64,000 bases of DNA from Candidatus Latescibacterota bacterium (GTDB lineage: Bacteria; Latescibacterota; UBA2968; UBA8231), in NCBI GenBank assembly GCA_965261395.1, contig OZ253462.1:2592001-2656000 (forward strand). The letters are read 5' to 3'. Shown here in pieces: positions 1 to 8,771 of this stretch; within the stretch, counting starts at the first letter, position 1; every line of letters starts with the position of its first letter. The translations under genes and the position numbers were made by a program. Under the pieces are notes generated by a model. That model saw only the letters and a list, made by a program, of their open reading frames with translations, searched no databases and had not been told where the DNA came from.

Positions 1-80
1 GCTAGTCGGCGGAGTCGCCATCGAGACCATCGGCCAAAACGCGCCCCTGCCTCCCCCCCAATAAACGACCTGCCTTTGGG

Positions 81-432
81 CGCGAATGCGCCGATCCTAA
101 GCGTTTTTACACGGGAAAGTTCTTCCTATTCGGCGACAACAAGGCACCCATGCCCGACTCAGTGCGGATATTCAACAAGGTGGGGTTTGGCCTATGGGTA
201 TGCGCCGGACAACGCCTATATCGTCGATTTCGAGCGCGGGGTCGAATTTTTGCTAACGGCCGCGGTGCTGGTAAACGAGAACGGCATTTTTAACGACGGG
301 ACCTACGAATACGACGAGGTGGGGCTGCCGTTTTTGGCCGAACTAGGCCGGGTCATCTATGGATACGAGTTGGGGCGGAAACGAGTGCACCGGCCGGATT
401 TGAGCAAGTGGCGGGTCAACTACGGGCCATGA
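81..432 (+). pseudogene. Orphan, frameshifted 3' fragment of a beta-lactamase-related serine hydrolase
   Basis: Frame 3 reads GKFFLFGDNKAPMPDSVRIFNKVG. A +1 shift in the gggttt run near 183-187 continues as LAYGY..DNAYIVDF..VEFLLTA..VNENGIFNDGTYEYDEVGLPFLAELG, which matches this family's C-terminus. No N-terminus is present, and an unrelated ORF ends at 64. Confidence 0.6.
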
Positions 433-455
433 ACGAGGGAGTTTTAAAACAGTCT

Positions 456-1655
456 CTAAGGCTCAAGGCCGACGCCGCACCAGTAGGCCGGGCCTCTCAT
501 CCAGTCCGTTGTCGCATTAGCTTTGCCGGCCGATTGAAAAAAATGATCTTCATGGTTGGTAGGCACTCTAACGGCTTGACTGAAATCTATTTCGTGCCCC
601 ATATCAGCTAAGGCCGCCGCAGACACGGTCGAAATTACTTCCTTACTATGGATTTCTTCATCCAGACCCGCCGCACTCATCGTATCTCTGGATAACCCTC
701 GCCAATGGATAGGTATAAGTTGCCATACAGGAACTTTTTTTCCTTGATAATCATCACCGCCCAAATCGTCATAGGCTGCAATTGCCTGTGGGCCTACCCA
801 ATGAGTGTCATTGGGCAAAACTTTATTGTTTAGTATGTCTTCGTACAAATTTGAATTTGTGATCTGTCTGAGTAGCTCGTCCCAACGTATTCCGGCACCA
901 ATCCCCAAAAGATGCCCGATTTCATGTAGTGCTATATTATAGATCTCTACATTGGGCCTAGCGAGATTCCCGCTGTGTTCTATAACATATGTACGAATTT
1001 CCGATGAGAATTGTATTTCACCTACTGCACAAAGATTGACATCATCTCCTTGTGTACGATTCCATCTCTGACTTGCAAAAGCCCACCTGTATGGCAGGTC
1101 TTTTTCATAAACGACGAAAACCAAAAGATCATCTACAACCGGATTTTCTTTTATTACCTGATCCATCCACTCCGAACCAACAGAATCCGTTATTTCCTCA
1201 TCCGACAAATCGCCTATAATCACTTCTTCCCAACGCCGTGCTGCGTCTTGAAAAACTTGCCGGTCTTCTTCTATAATATCTGGAGCAAAAACCAGTTGGA
1301 TATTGAAGCGTTGAGTGTCGTCGAGTACCTCTACGCTAGTAGAATCTACCACGCTAGTAGAATCTACCTGAACCGGCTCTTCTGGTCCCTCTATATCATC
1401 GGTCTGAGTAGTTGCCGTTGAATCAGCAGGAAGCGGATCGGTTTCGGTTTCGGTTTCGGTTTCGGTGCTATCTTGAGGTGCCGTATGCCCGCCCGAGCCT
1501 TCAGGGGCTTGATGATTCCCATCGCCGAGGAAGCCGCACAGGGCACAGTTGGCCTTACCCGCTGGCGCGACAGGTGGCGGTTGATGTTTCGAGCAGGAAA
1601 GGGCTAGAAATGATAGGGTGAGCAAGACAATGCGTAACATGGGTATCTTTCTCAT
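456..1655 (-). CDS. Lipoprotein zinc metallopeptidase, leishmanolysin (M8)-like metzincin
   Basis: Signal peptide with lipobox (LALSC), acidic T/E/D linker, HEIGH zinc motif, distant third His (IPIHW) and Met-turn-like DTMS. Visibly more AT-rich than its neighbours. Confidence 0.8.
   Translation of the reverse strand: MRKIPMLRIVLLTLSFLALSCSKHQPPPVAPAGKANCALCGFLGDGNHQAPEGSGGHTAPQDSTETETETETDPLPADSTATTQTDDIEGPEEPVQVDSTSVVDSTSVEVLDDTQRFNIQLVFAPDIIEEDRQVFQDAARRWEEVIIGDLSDEEITDSVGSEWMDQVIKENPVVDDLLVFVVYEKDLPYRWAFASQRWNRTQGDDVNLCAVGEIQFSSEIRTYVIEHSGNLARPNVEIYNIALHEIGHLLGIGAGIRWDELLRQITNSNLYEDILNNKVLPNDTHWVGPQAIAAYDDLGGDDYQGKKVPVWQLIPIHWRGLSRDTMSAAGLDEEIHSKEVISTVSAAALADMGHEIDFSQAVRVPTNHEDHFFQSAGKANATTDWMRGPAYWCGVGLEP
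1334..1467. repeat. Coding tandem repeats in the peptidase linker
   Basis: An 18-bp unit acgctagtagaatctacc occurs twice (VDSTSV x2), and a (tcggtt)n hexamer run at about 1437-1467 encodes TETETETET. Confidence 0.85.
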
Positions 1656-1781
1656 TCGACTAAACGAGGAGTAGCGTAAGCAACTCTTTTGGTTTGATCA
1701 TCTGCGTGAACACGTTTTCAATATTAATGAATAGATTTTCCATATACAAGATGACAAAAAACAGGAAGAATCCCACAATTT

Positions 1782-1894
1782 CTAATTCCCCACTTCCACC
1801 CCCTGCACCCCAAACACTTCTTCGAGAAAATTCTCGCCCATCAGCACGTAGCAGGTGGCGTCTGGGTGGAGGTTGTCCGGCAGGTATTCAGCGA
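1782..1894 (-). repeat. Orphan diverged copy of the 3' end of the SGNH hydrolase gene (7592-7704)
   Basis: 113-bp ungapped match with 12 mismatches by hand count. It encodes AEYLPDNLHPDATCYVLMGENFLEEVFGVQGVEVGN* versus AEYLPDNLHPDATGYELMGQNFLKEVFGVQGVQVGN*. Confidence 0.95.
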
Positions 1895-1896
1895 AG

Positions 1897-2301
1897 TTAG
1901 CCCCTGTCTCCCGGCGGCACCTCATGGCCGAGCATCGCGCTGATAAAGAGAAACTTCAGCGGCTTGTCGCCAACATTGCGGTGCTTGTGAAAGACATTGC
2001 GCGGCAGGAGCACGCAGTCGCCCGGCCCCAGTTGATAGGTTTCGTCCCCCACCTCAACTTCGATATCGCCTTCTAAGATGTAAAAGGCCTGCTCCTGATC
2101 GGCGTGAGCATGGCCGTCACCTGAGACTCCGCCAGGCTCGTATTCGTTGGTGTGGATTACTAGCCGCTCGGTATTTATGGCGGCCGGTCGCTCCTTCCGA
2201 CGCGCTCCGGGGCCAAGTATAACCCGCGAGATACTGCCGGGATGGCCGTGATTTTCAGCCGGTTGGCCGAAGCAATCCTGCACTCGATAGATATCGCCCA
2301 T
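1897..2301 (-). CDS. Cupin domain protein
   Basis: HAH..QEQAFYILEG and GDCVLLPRNVFH cupin motifs, with a GGAGG RBS. Confidence 0.9.
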   Translation of the reverse strand: MGDIYRVQDCFGQPAENHGHPGSISRVILGPGARRKERPAAINTERLVIHTNEYEPGGVSGDGHAHADQEQAFYILEGDIEVEVGDETYQLGPGDCVLLPRNVFHKHRNVGDKPLKFLFISAMLGHEVPPGDRG

Positions 2302-2322
2302 GGTCTGTCCTCCATTTGATCG

Positions 2323-3042
2323 TTAGGAAAGTCCCGCTGGCAATAGCACCAACTCTGGCACATAGGCCCGCGCCGGCAGCGCCGCGACAAAGAGGCAGGC
2401 ATCGGCCACATCCTGCGGCATCAACGCCTGGGCCATCACCTCCGGTGGGGTGGGCACCGGCCGCTTGAGCACCAGCGGCGTGTCTGTCAGTCCCGGAAAG
2501 ATCACGCAGGTGCGGACGCCGTTCTCCTTCTCTTCCTGGAAAGTACCGTGGGCCAATCCGACCATCCCGTGCTTGCTCGCCTGATAAGAGACCCCAGAGG
2601 CATCCGGCTTCTGCACACAACCGCTCGACACGTAAATGATCAATCCGGTGCCCTGCTCGCGCATCACCGGCAATGCGGCCTTGGTGCAGTGGAATGCCCC
2701 CGTCAGATTGGTGCCGAGCATCATTTCCCAAGTCTCCTCAGTGAGCACCTTCAACGCGCGATCCGGGATATTGGTCCCCGTCACATAGGCCAGGATATCT
2801 ACCCGGCCATACGCTGCTACCGCCCGCTGGACCAATGCCGCCGCGGCCGCCTTGTCCCGCGCGTCGGTGGCGCACGCCAAGGCGTTTTCACCTAACTCCT
2901 CAGCCAGCGCCTCCAGTTTGTCGCCGCTGCGGGCGGCCAGCACCACTTTTGCTCCGGCTTCGACATAGGTTTTCGCCGTCGCCTCACCCATCCCGCTGCT
3001 GGCACCGACGACAATCGCCACTTTGCCTGTTAGATCTGCCAT
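2323..3042 (-). CDS. SDR-family oxidoreductase
   Basis: GASSGMG Rossmann motif and YQASK catalytic motif. Start moved to MADLTGK. Confidence 0.9.
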   Translation of the reverse strand: MADLTGKVAIVVGASSGMGEATAKTYVEAGAKVVLAARSGDKLEALAEELGENALACATDARDKAAAAALVQRAVAAYGRVDILAYVTGTNIPDRALKVLTEETWEMMLGTNLTGAFHCTKAALPVMREQGTGLIIYVSSGCVQKPDASGVSYQASKHGMVGLAHGTFQEEKENGVRTCVIFPGLTDTPLVLKRPVPTPPEVMAQALMPQDVADACLFVAALPARAYVPELVLLPAGLS

Positions 3043-3096
3043 AGTTTTCAGTCGATCCTGCCCTTGAGTTTGACCGGCCACACTGCCGGCGAATCG

Positions 3097-4515
3097 CTAA
3101 CGAGTCGTCTGCGCCGCGCGAGTCCGCCGCCCAAACAGGCGTTGCCGGCTTACCCTCTCGCCTTGCATTCCCGTGCGCTTTTGCGAATTCGCATTGGCAT
3201 CGCGCCGTGCATTCGCGGCTGGACCGAGCATCGATGTACCATGAGGCCCGTCGCGGCGATTTCCATTGCTACTGCCATTGCTATTGCCACTGCGCCGCCG
3301 TTTCGCCGTATTCGAGGGTTTTCCCTCGCCCCCTCGCTGCCTCTTCGCCGCACCCTGCCCATTATCCCCATTACTATCTTGGTATTCCGCCCTTGCGCCG
3401 CGCGAGACGATGGTCAAGGGCACGCCCGTCAGCCGCTCAATGCTCCGCAAGATCGCCACTTCCTCCGTCGCGCAAAACGACAGGGCGATGCCTTCCGCCC
3501 CGGCCCGGGCCGTGCGGCCGATCCGGTGCACATAGCTCTCCTTGTCGTTGGGCAGGTCGTAGTTGATAACGTGGGAAATTCCCTCCACGTCGATACCTCG
3601 GGCGACGATATCGGTGGCGACCAGGACCTTGATCCGCCCGCGATCAAACGCCGCCAACGCTCGCTGGCGGGCACCCTGGTTTTTGTCGGCATGGATCGCG
3701 GCGGCGGCGATACCCTGATTGGACAATTGCTTCATCACCCTGTCGGCTCGACGCTTGGTCCGCGTAAAGACCAGAGCGCGGAGCACGTCTTCGCCCTTGA
3801 GCACCTGCTTCAGCAGATCGCGTTTGCCATCTTGTTCGACAAAGAGCACTTGTTGGTCGATTCGTTCCGACACCGACGCCGCCGGCGTCACCTCGGCGTT
3901 GACCGGCTTGTCGAGCATATCACCGGCTAGTGCGGTGATATCCTTGGACAAGGTCGCCGAAAAGAGCATCGTCTGCCGCTTTTTGGGCAAGGTCCCGACA
4001 ATCCGGCGCACGTCGTGGATAAAACCCATGTCCAACATCCGGTCGGCCTCGTCGAGGACCAGCATCTCGATCTGGTCCAGCTTTATATAGCCCTGGTTCA
4101 TCAGGTCGAGCAAGCGGCCCGGCGTCGCCACCACGATATCGGGGTTTTTGCGCAGCGCGCTCACTTGTGGGCCCAGCGGCACTCCACCGAGAATCACCAT
4201 GCTGGTGAGCTTTAGATAGCGGCCATAGTTGCGGAAACTCTCGTCGATCTGCAACGCCAGCTCCCGCGTCGGCGTCAATATCAGCGCACGGATTTGTCCA
4301 CGGCCCTTGCGCTCGTCGAGCACTTGCAGCATCGGCAGTGCAAAGGCCGCCGTCTTGCCGGTACCCGTCTGTGCGGTGGCCAACAGATCTTGGCCCGCCA
4401 GCACCTTGGGAATAGCCTGTTCCTGGATTGGCGTCGGCTGTTGGTACCCTTCTTTAGCCAACGCGCGCAGCAATGGCTCGTTTAGCTTGAGGGCTTCAAA
4501 TTGAATAGAAGACAT
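3097..4515 (-). CDS. rhlE: DEAD-box ATP-dependent RNA helicase (RhlE-like)
   Basis: Q motif, AQTGTGKT, PTRELA, DEAD, SAT and HRIGRTAR motifs plus a basic disordered tail. AGGAG RBS before the ATG at 4515. Confidence 0.9.
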   Translation of the reverse strand: MSSIQFEALKLNEPLLRALAKEGYQQPTPIQEQAIPKVLAGQDLLATAQTGTGKTAAFALPMLQVLDERKGRGQIRALILTPTRELALQIDESFRNYGRYLKLTSMVILGGVPLGPQVSALRKNPDIVVATPGRLLDLMNQGYIKLDQIEMLVLDEADRMLDMGFIHDVRRIVGTLPKKRQTMLFSATLSKDITALAGDMLDKPVNAEVTPAASVSERIDQQVLFVEQDGKRDLLKQVLKGEDVLRALVFTRTKRRADRVMKQLSNQGIAAAAIHADKNQGARQRALAAFDRGRIKVLVATDIVARGIDVEGISHVINYDLPNDKESYVHRIGRTARAGAEGIALSFCATEEVAILRSIERLTGVPLTIVSRGARAEYQDSNGDNGQGAAKRQRGGEGKPSNTAKRRRSGNSNGSSNGNRRDGPHGTSMLGPAANARRDANANSQKRTGMQGERVSRQRLFGRRTRAAQTTR

Positions 4516-4771
4516 AAACTCCTGTCTTGATAGTCCGAGATATAAAGCGACATGCCTCGGGGATACACTCAAAACAGGATTGGATTGGGGGTGCCGAGAA
4601 AAGCGCAGAAACCGTCGGTAGGTTTAAAAAACTTCGCGTAGCCTGAAAACTCAGAGGAACTACACTATTGAGCAAGATACCTAATTACAGCTATTTACGC
4701 AACAGACAGGTAGTGGGTCACTTTGAAATTGGCAAAGAACAAACAGGATTCCTGTTATCCCACCTGCAGGC

Positions 4772-5356
4772 CTAGTGCATAAATTCCTCTGGTGCCAATA
4801 CTCCGGCCGTAAACCGGATCCGACCAATCGCTCCCTTAAACCAACACACGCGATTCAACCGCACCCCAATCGACGTCTGGCCCGCTGTTAACGGGGCAAA
4901 ATCAATCGGCCCGCTCGCCTCCTCAACGCCATTGACAAAGTTGGTTTCATCGCGCCCGTCGCAGGTCAGTGCTAAATGGTACCACTCCCCCACGGGATGG
5001 AGCTGGCCTTCGTTTAACAAGGCCCGGTTCGAGTCTCCCGAGCTGATAAAGGTGTCGAGATACCAGTGCCCAGTCCCGGTCAGACGCGTCTCGAAAAGCA
5101 CGCGGTCCCCGCTGGCTTCCCCCAAATGCAAGAAGCGCTGCTCGGCCAACCCACCCTCATCGGGCCGGAAATCAAGTTCAATGGTAAAAACCTCCAGCCC
5201 AGCGAGGGGATTGGTCCCGATAAACAACGCATCCCGCACCCCGTCGAACTCGATAGCCGGTCCATAGGGGCCCGCAATTACGGCGGGTCGGCCACTCACG
5301 TCGAGTTTGTTGTCGCCCAACTGCTCTAAATTATCCAACTCCCATACAACCTGCAT
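4772..5356 (-). CDS. LamG/concanavalin A-like jelly-roll protein
   Basis: AIEFDG, WYHLALT.DG....FVNG and SIG......FKGAI pattern, with an AGGAGG RBS. Confidence 0.8.
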   Translation of the reverse strand: MQVVWELDNLEQLGDNKLDVSGRPAVIAGPYGPAIEFDGVRDALFIGTNPLAGLEVFTIELDFRPDEGGLAEQRFLHLGEASGDRVLFETRLTGTGHWYLDTFISSGDSNRALLNEGQLHPVGEWYHLALTCDGRDETNFVNGVEEASGPIDFAPLTAGQTSIGVRLNRVCWFKGAIGRIRFTAGVLAPEEFMH

Positions 5357-5412
5357 AATGCCTCCTAATTCAATAGTGCCTAGAAAAAGCGGTAGACCTA
5401 ACGGACCGAATG

Positions 5413-6645
5413 CTATTCGGGGTATATTTGAATCAGCCGCGCACTCTCCCCTTCATCATATGTGTGATATCCGAAGTACAACCTCCCTCGGTCGTCTATC
5501 GCGTTGGTGCCGGTCACCGTGCCGCCTGTCAGGGAGGGGAAACGGGCGAGCTGTGTCTTATCCCCGGTCTCTATATCATATTCGTACAGTGTGGGGACAT
5601 TACCCTCTGCGAATCGGCAAGGAAGGGTATACAGCTTTTTCTCGTCCTGCGACAGAATCAGGCCGAAGACGAATTGGATCGACTGTCCCTGTGCCATCTC
5701 CTCGGGCGGGAGTAGGGAACCCAGATCTTTCAGGCGCTCTGCTTCGACGTCGAAGGAGTAGAGGTTGCCGCCTCTGTTAGTAAGAAGATACACGGTATTC
5801 CCATCCCGGGTCGCCACCATGCCGTGGAGGTAGCCGTTGCTCAGTATATTGCGCTGTTGGGTCCGCTGCATCACGCCCGATTTAACATCCAATTCCCATA
5901 GCCAGAAGTCCGGCGCATGGTAGGAGAAATACACCTTGCCCTTCTTCGTAGCCCAGATTTCGCGCGACACGTTCTTCCGGCGATATTCCGGGACGCCTGG
6001 GTAGAAGGTCGTGCGGCGTTTTTTTAGATCATAGATCAGGACATCCCCAAAGGGAAAAGTAAAACCGGCCAGTTTGTCGTGTTGCCGCAGAATGTCCATG
6101 GCGATGATTCCTTGATAGGGCACCGAGACCCCGTGATTGTCCGTTACGCTCAGGTCCTCAAAGGCCTCCGTCTTCAGGTCGAAGGCGTAGAAGTGGCCCC
6201 CGCGACGTTGGTAGATGTCGCTGTAGTCGGCTTTGATGTCGTGGTAGTCGTGGGAGGAGAAGTACATTTTGCCCTTGTACTCCACGATCGCGACGTGCAC
6301 TTTGCCGATGCTCTCTTCCGGCCCCAGATTTCCCGCCGCTGCGCTGATGCCCCGCAGAGTGCCCAGCAGTTGACGATCTTCGGTCTTCGTGTTGTACCTG
6401 AAGATGACCGTATCGTCGGGATTAACGTCGTTTTGATCGCTGGCGGCGAAGTAGACGCGCTGCTGCTGGTCGATCCCTAGCCCACCCCAACAGACCGTCA
6501 GATTAGATCCGCTGGGTTTTATGTCCGCGAAAGAAATGAAACGGACTTTGTACTCGGTCGCAGCAGCTTCTTGGGCAAGTGGGAGAATTAAAAGCAACAA
6601 GAAGTTGGTTATTACCAATATCCTGGCGTTTTTGCTGTTTTCCAT
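5413..6645 (-). CDS. Secreted beta-propeller protein of unknown function
   Basis: Signal peptide ending AQEAAA and repeated beta-strand/YD units. Confidence 0.75.
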   Translation of the reverse strand: MENSKNARILVITNFLLLLILPLAQEAAATEYKVRFISFADIKPSGSNLTVCWGGLGIDQQQRVYFAASDQNDVNPDDTVIFRYNTKTEDRQLLGTLRGISAAAGNLGPEESIGKVHVAIVEYKGKMYFSSHDYHDIKADYSDIYQRRGGHFYAFDLKTEAFEDLSVTDNHGVSVPYQGIIAMDILRQHDKLAGFTFPFGDVLIYDLKKRRTTFYPGVPEYRRKNVSREIWATKKGKVYFSYHAPDFWLWELDVKSGVMQRTQQRNILSNGYLHGMVATRDGNTVYLLTNRGGNLYSFDVEAERLKDLGSLLPPEEMAQGQSIQFVFGLILSQDEKKLYTLPCRFAEGNVPTLYEYDIETGDKTQLARFPSLTGGTVTGTNAIDDRGRLYFGYHTYDEGESARLIQIYPE

Positions 6646-6810
6646 AAAAATCTCTCTTGGGGACTGTTTGCTTTAGCTGACAGGGGAAAAGGGAGCGGGC
6701 TTGGCGATGGGCGCTTGCGTCCCTGAGACAAGGCCGATATATCCAAGCTCTTCACCTTCCCCTGTATTATTTCTTTGACAGGGTTCTACTGTTGTGCCTG
6801 TATCACAGGC

Positions 6811-6954
6811 ATGGCCGACAACAGATATAAAAGGAACGCTGGCAGCGTCTTCTCTCTCAAGTACCACATCGTTTTTTGCCCCAAATTCAGGCGCAAGGTT
6901 TTGTCTGAATCTGTTGCTAAGACACTGCGGGGGCTGCTCCAAAAGGGCGTCTGA
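6811..6954 (+). pseudogene. tnpA: Truncated Y1 (HUH) transposase TnpA N-terminus
   Basis: MADNRYKRNAGSVFSLKYHIVFCPKFRRKVL is the IS200 TnpA N-terminal motif. It stops after 47 codons, before the HUH motif. Confidence 0.9.
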
Positions 6955-7381
6955 ATGCAACGTACCTATCATCAATACCGTCCTTGTCGGATGGGACGCT
7001 GGTAGACGCCTCGCGCAAGCTCAAGGCGTCGCTGGCCAAGCTACGACGCGCCAACCGCGCCCTCGCGCGCAAGCAGCGATTTTCTGGCAGGTGGCACAAG
7101 CAGCACCAACAACTGGCGCGGCGGCATGAGAGGATCGCCAACCAGCGCAAAGACTTCTGGCATAAAACCACCGACTCACTGACCAAGCACTACGCCTTGA
7201 TCGCCGTCGGATAGAGGGCAAGAAGTTGTCGCAACGGTGGCACTCCTGTTCCTGTGGCGTCGAACTAGATCGAGATGTCAACGCCGCCGTCAATATACTC
7301 GATAAGGCCCGAAGCGGGCCTACGGAGCCGAACGTAGAGGCGGTTAGCTCAGGCGTGCTCCGTGAAAGCCGTCTCCTTTAG
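6955..7381 (+). pseudogene. tnpB: Fragmented TnpB RNA-guided nuclease
   Basis: Three fragments. The RuvC-I Asp region and RuvC-II Glu are missing, while part of the Zn finger and the RuvC-III DRDxNAA motif remain. Confidence 0.9.
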
Positions 7382-7415
7382 GGGACGGTAGCTTACATTG
7401 GTATAGGGAACTACA
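7270..7415 (+). ncRNA. Putative TnpB omega-RNA scaffold plus flanking guide
   Basis: Established position overlapping the tnpB 3' end and right end. Hairpins aggccc-gaagc-gggcct, acggagc..gctccgt and the right-end stem are visible. Boundaries are approximate. Confidence 0.55.
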
Positions 7416-7495
7416 CCGCCGATTATCAGCGATCCCAGCGTTCCCACCACCAATGCACTTAGCCGCGGCTTGAATCCTGTATCTGCGTTGTTCAT
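7397..7495 (-). pseudogene. 5' stub of a membrane-protein gene cut at the IS605 right end
   Basis: MNNADTGFKPRLSALVVGTLGSLIIGGVVPYTN (one hydrophobic helix) runs directly into the element end. It resembles the start of DUF6785-type transporters (inference). Confidence 0.45.
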
Positions 7496-7591
7496 CCCTT
7501 GCTCTCGAACAAGAGGCGTGGTGGGGATCCAAACCGGATGACCCCTTGACGTCGGTGGAGTTTTCCGTCTCGCCGAGGAAATCCCGTTTCT

Positions 7592-8605
7592 CTAGTTTCC
7601 CACCTGCACCCCCTGCACCCCAAACACTTCTTTGAGAAAATTCTGCCCCATAAGCTCGTAGCCGGTGGCGTCCGGGTGGAGATTGTCCGGCAGGTATTCA
7701 GCGAGGCTTTCGTCAAAGAGCTTGAGACCGTCTATATAATAGATGGGGTCGTCACCGCGCCTTTTGAACGCTTCCACGGCTTCCGCAACCTCGACGCGCA
7801 TCTGCTCCAAGGTTAGGCCGACCGCGTTGGGCGTGGTCTCGCGGTCGTGCCCCCAAATCGGCGAGCAAACCGCAAACGGAGTGTGGGGATGGCCGTCGCG
7901 GATGGTGGCAATGGTGCCGAGGACGGCCGGGCGGAAGGCGCGCGGGCCGAGGCTGGCGGCACCGTGGATGTTGATGCCGATCTTGACCGAGATAAAGTCT
8001 GCGGGCAGGTCGCGGATCAGCCGGGCGATGAACGGGTCGGCGTGGCACTGGCCGCCGTAGCCCAACGACGTGAGATTGAAGTCCCGGGCGCGAGCTACCA
8101 CTCCGGGCCAAGTGGTGGCGGGCGATCCGGCGGTGCGGCAATGGGTGATAGAGCTGCCATACGTAATCCACTTCAGCCGAGTGTCTTCGCTTTTTTCGCA
8201 ATGTGCCCCCTCGGGCAATGCAATGTGGCGCAGGGCAACGGGCATGGCCGGCGACAGCCAGATCTCCAAGGATTTCTCGCCCGTCGGCAAGCCCTCAAAG
8301 CGAACTTCGGTCGCGCCAGCCGCATACGAAGCCGTAGCCGCTATCTGCCCGCCAATGCACAGGTCAAAGCGGCCGTCGTCGGCCAGCGGCTCGCAGCCGA
8401 CGACTAGTTCCTCGGCGTCCGTGGCCAAGCGCACGCGCACGCCCGAAGGCATCTCGGCCCGCTCGGCAAGGCCGCTCTCTCCGGGCGAGTACAGGTCCGC
8501 ATCCCCGTGGGGAATGCGCCAAGGCTTGACCCAGCCCGGTCTCTCTTCGAGTGAGATCGCACCGCTCCAAGTTAGGCGGGGATCGTTGGCAGCAATGGTT
8601 GGCAT
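7592..8605 (-). CDS. SGNH/GDSL hydrolase
   Basis: YGSSITH block I, LGYGG, GIN and DNLHP catalytic motif. Start set to MPTIAAND. Confidence 0.9.
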   Translation of the reverse strand: MPTIAANDPRLTWSGAISLEERPGWVKPWRIPHGDADLYSPGESGLAERAEMPSGVRVRLATDAEELVVGCEPLADDGRFDLCIGGQIAATASYAAGATEVRFEGLPTGEKSLEIWLSPAMPVALRHIALPEGAHCEKSEDTRLKWITYGSSITHCRTAGSPATTWPGVVARARDFNLTSLGYGGQCHADPFIARLIRDLPADFISVKIGINIHGAASLGPRAFRPAVLGTIATIRDGHPHTPFAVCSPIWGHDRETTPNAVGLTLEQMRVEVAEAVEAFKRRGDDPIYYIDGLKLFDESLAEYLPDNLHPDATGYELMGQNFLKEVFGVQGVQVGN

Positions 8606-8771
8606 AGGCGTCCTTTCTGGGTTGGGGGCACTGGTATAGGCGCGGTGGCTGGAGCAATATAGCGGCATGGGCAAGGGGGGAGCAACCGGCGAGCCGATGA
8701 TCTGCTCGACTATAAATCGCACTTGGTGCGCTGTGCCGCGTTCGTCTAACACAATCTATCCGGGAGTATCC

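Larger units (their letters stand above)
6770..7396 (+). mobile_element. Internally deleted IS200/IS605 element (tnpA and tnpB fragments, right end retained)
   Basis: TTGACA (6775) and a gcctg..caggc hairpin precede tnpA. TnpB pieces are MQRTYHQYR (6955), LSDG..IANQRKDFWHKTT..LIAV (6984-7214) and KKLSQRWHSCSCG.ELDRDVNAAVNI (7220-7381). A right-end hairpin ccgtctcc-ttta-ggggacgg is followed by TTAC at 7393-7396. The left boundary is approximate. Confidence 0.9.

Noticed and set aside
1782-1894. Diverged repeat pair as a DGR template/variable region
   Set aside because: The mismatches are not confined to adenines of either copy, and no reverse transcriptase is in the window.
4516-4770. Riboswitch or ncRNA in the helicase leader
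   Set aside because: Only a modest hairpin is visible and I recognise no family consensus. An Rfam scan would be needed.
6673-7129. Listed ORFs 6673-6975 and 6794-7129 as genes
   Set aside because: They are off-frame or antisense readings of the tnpA and tnpB fragments.
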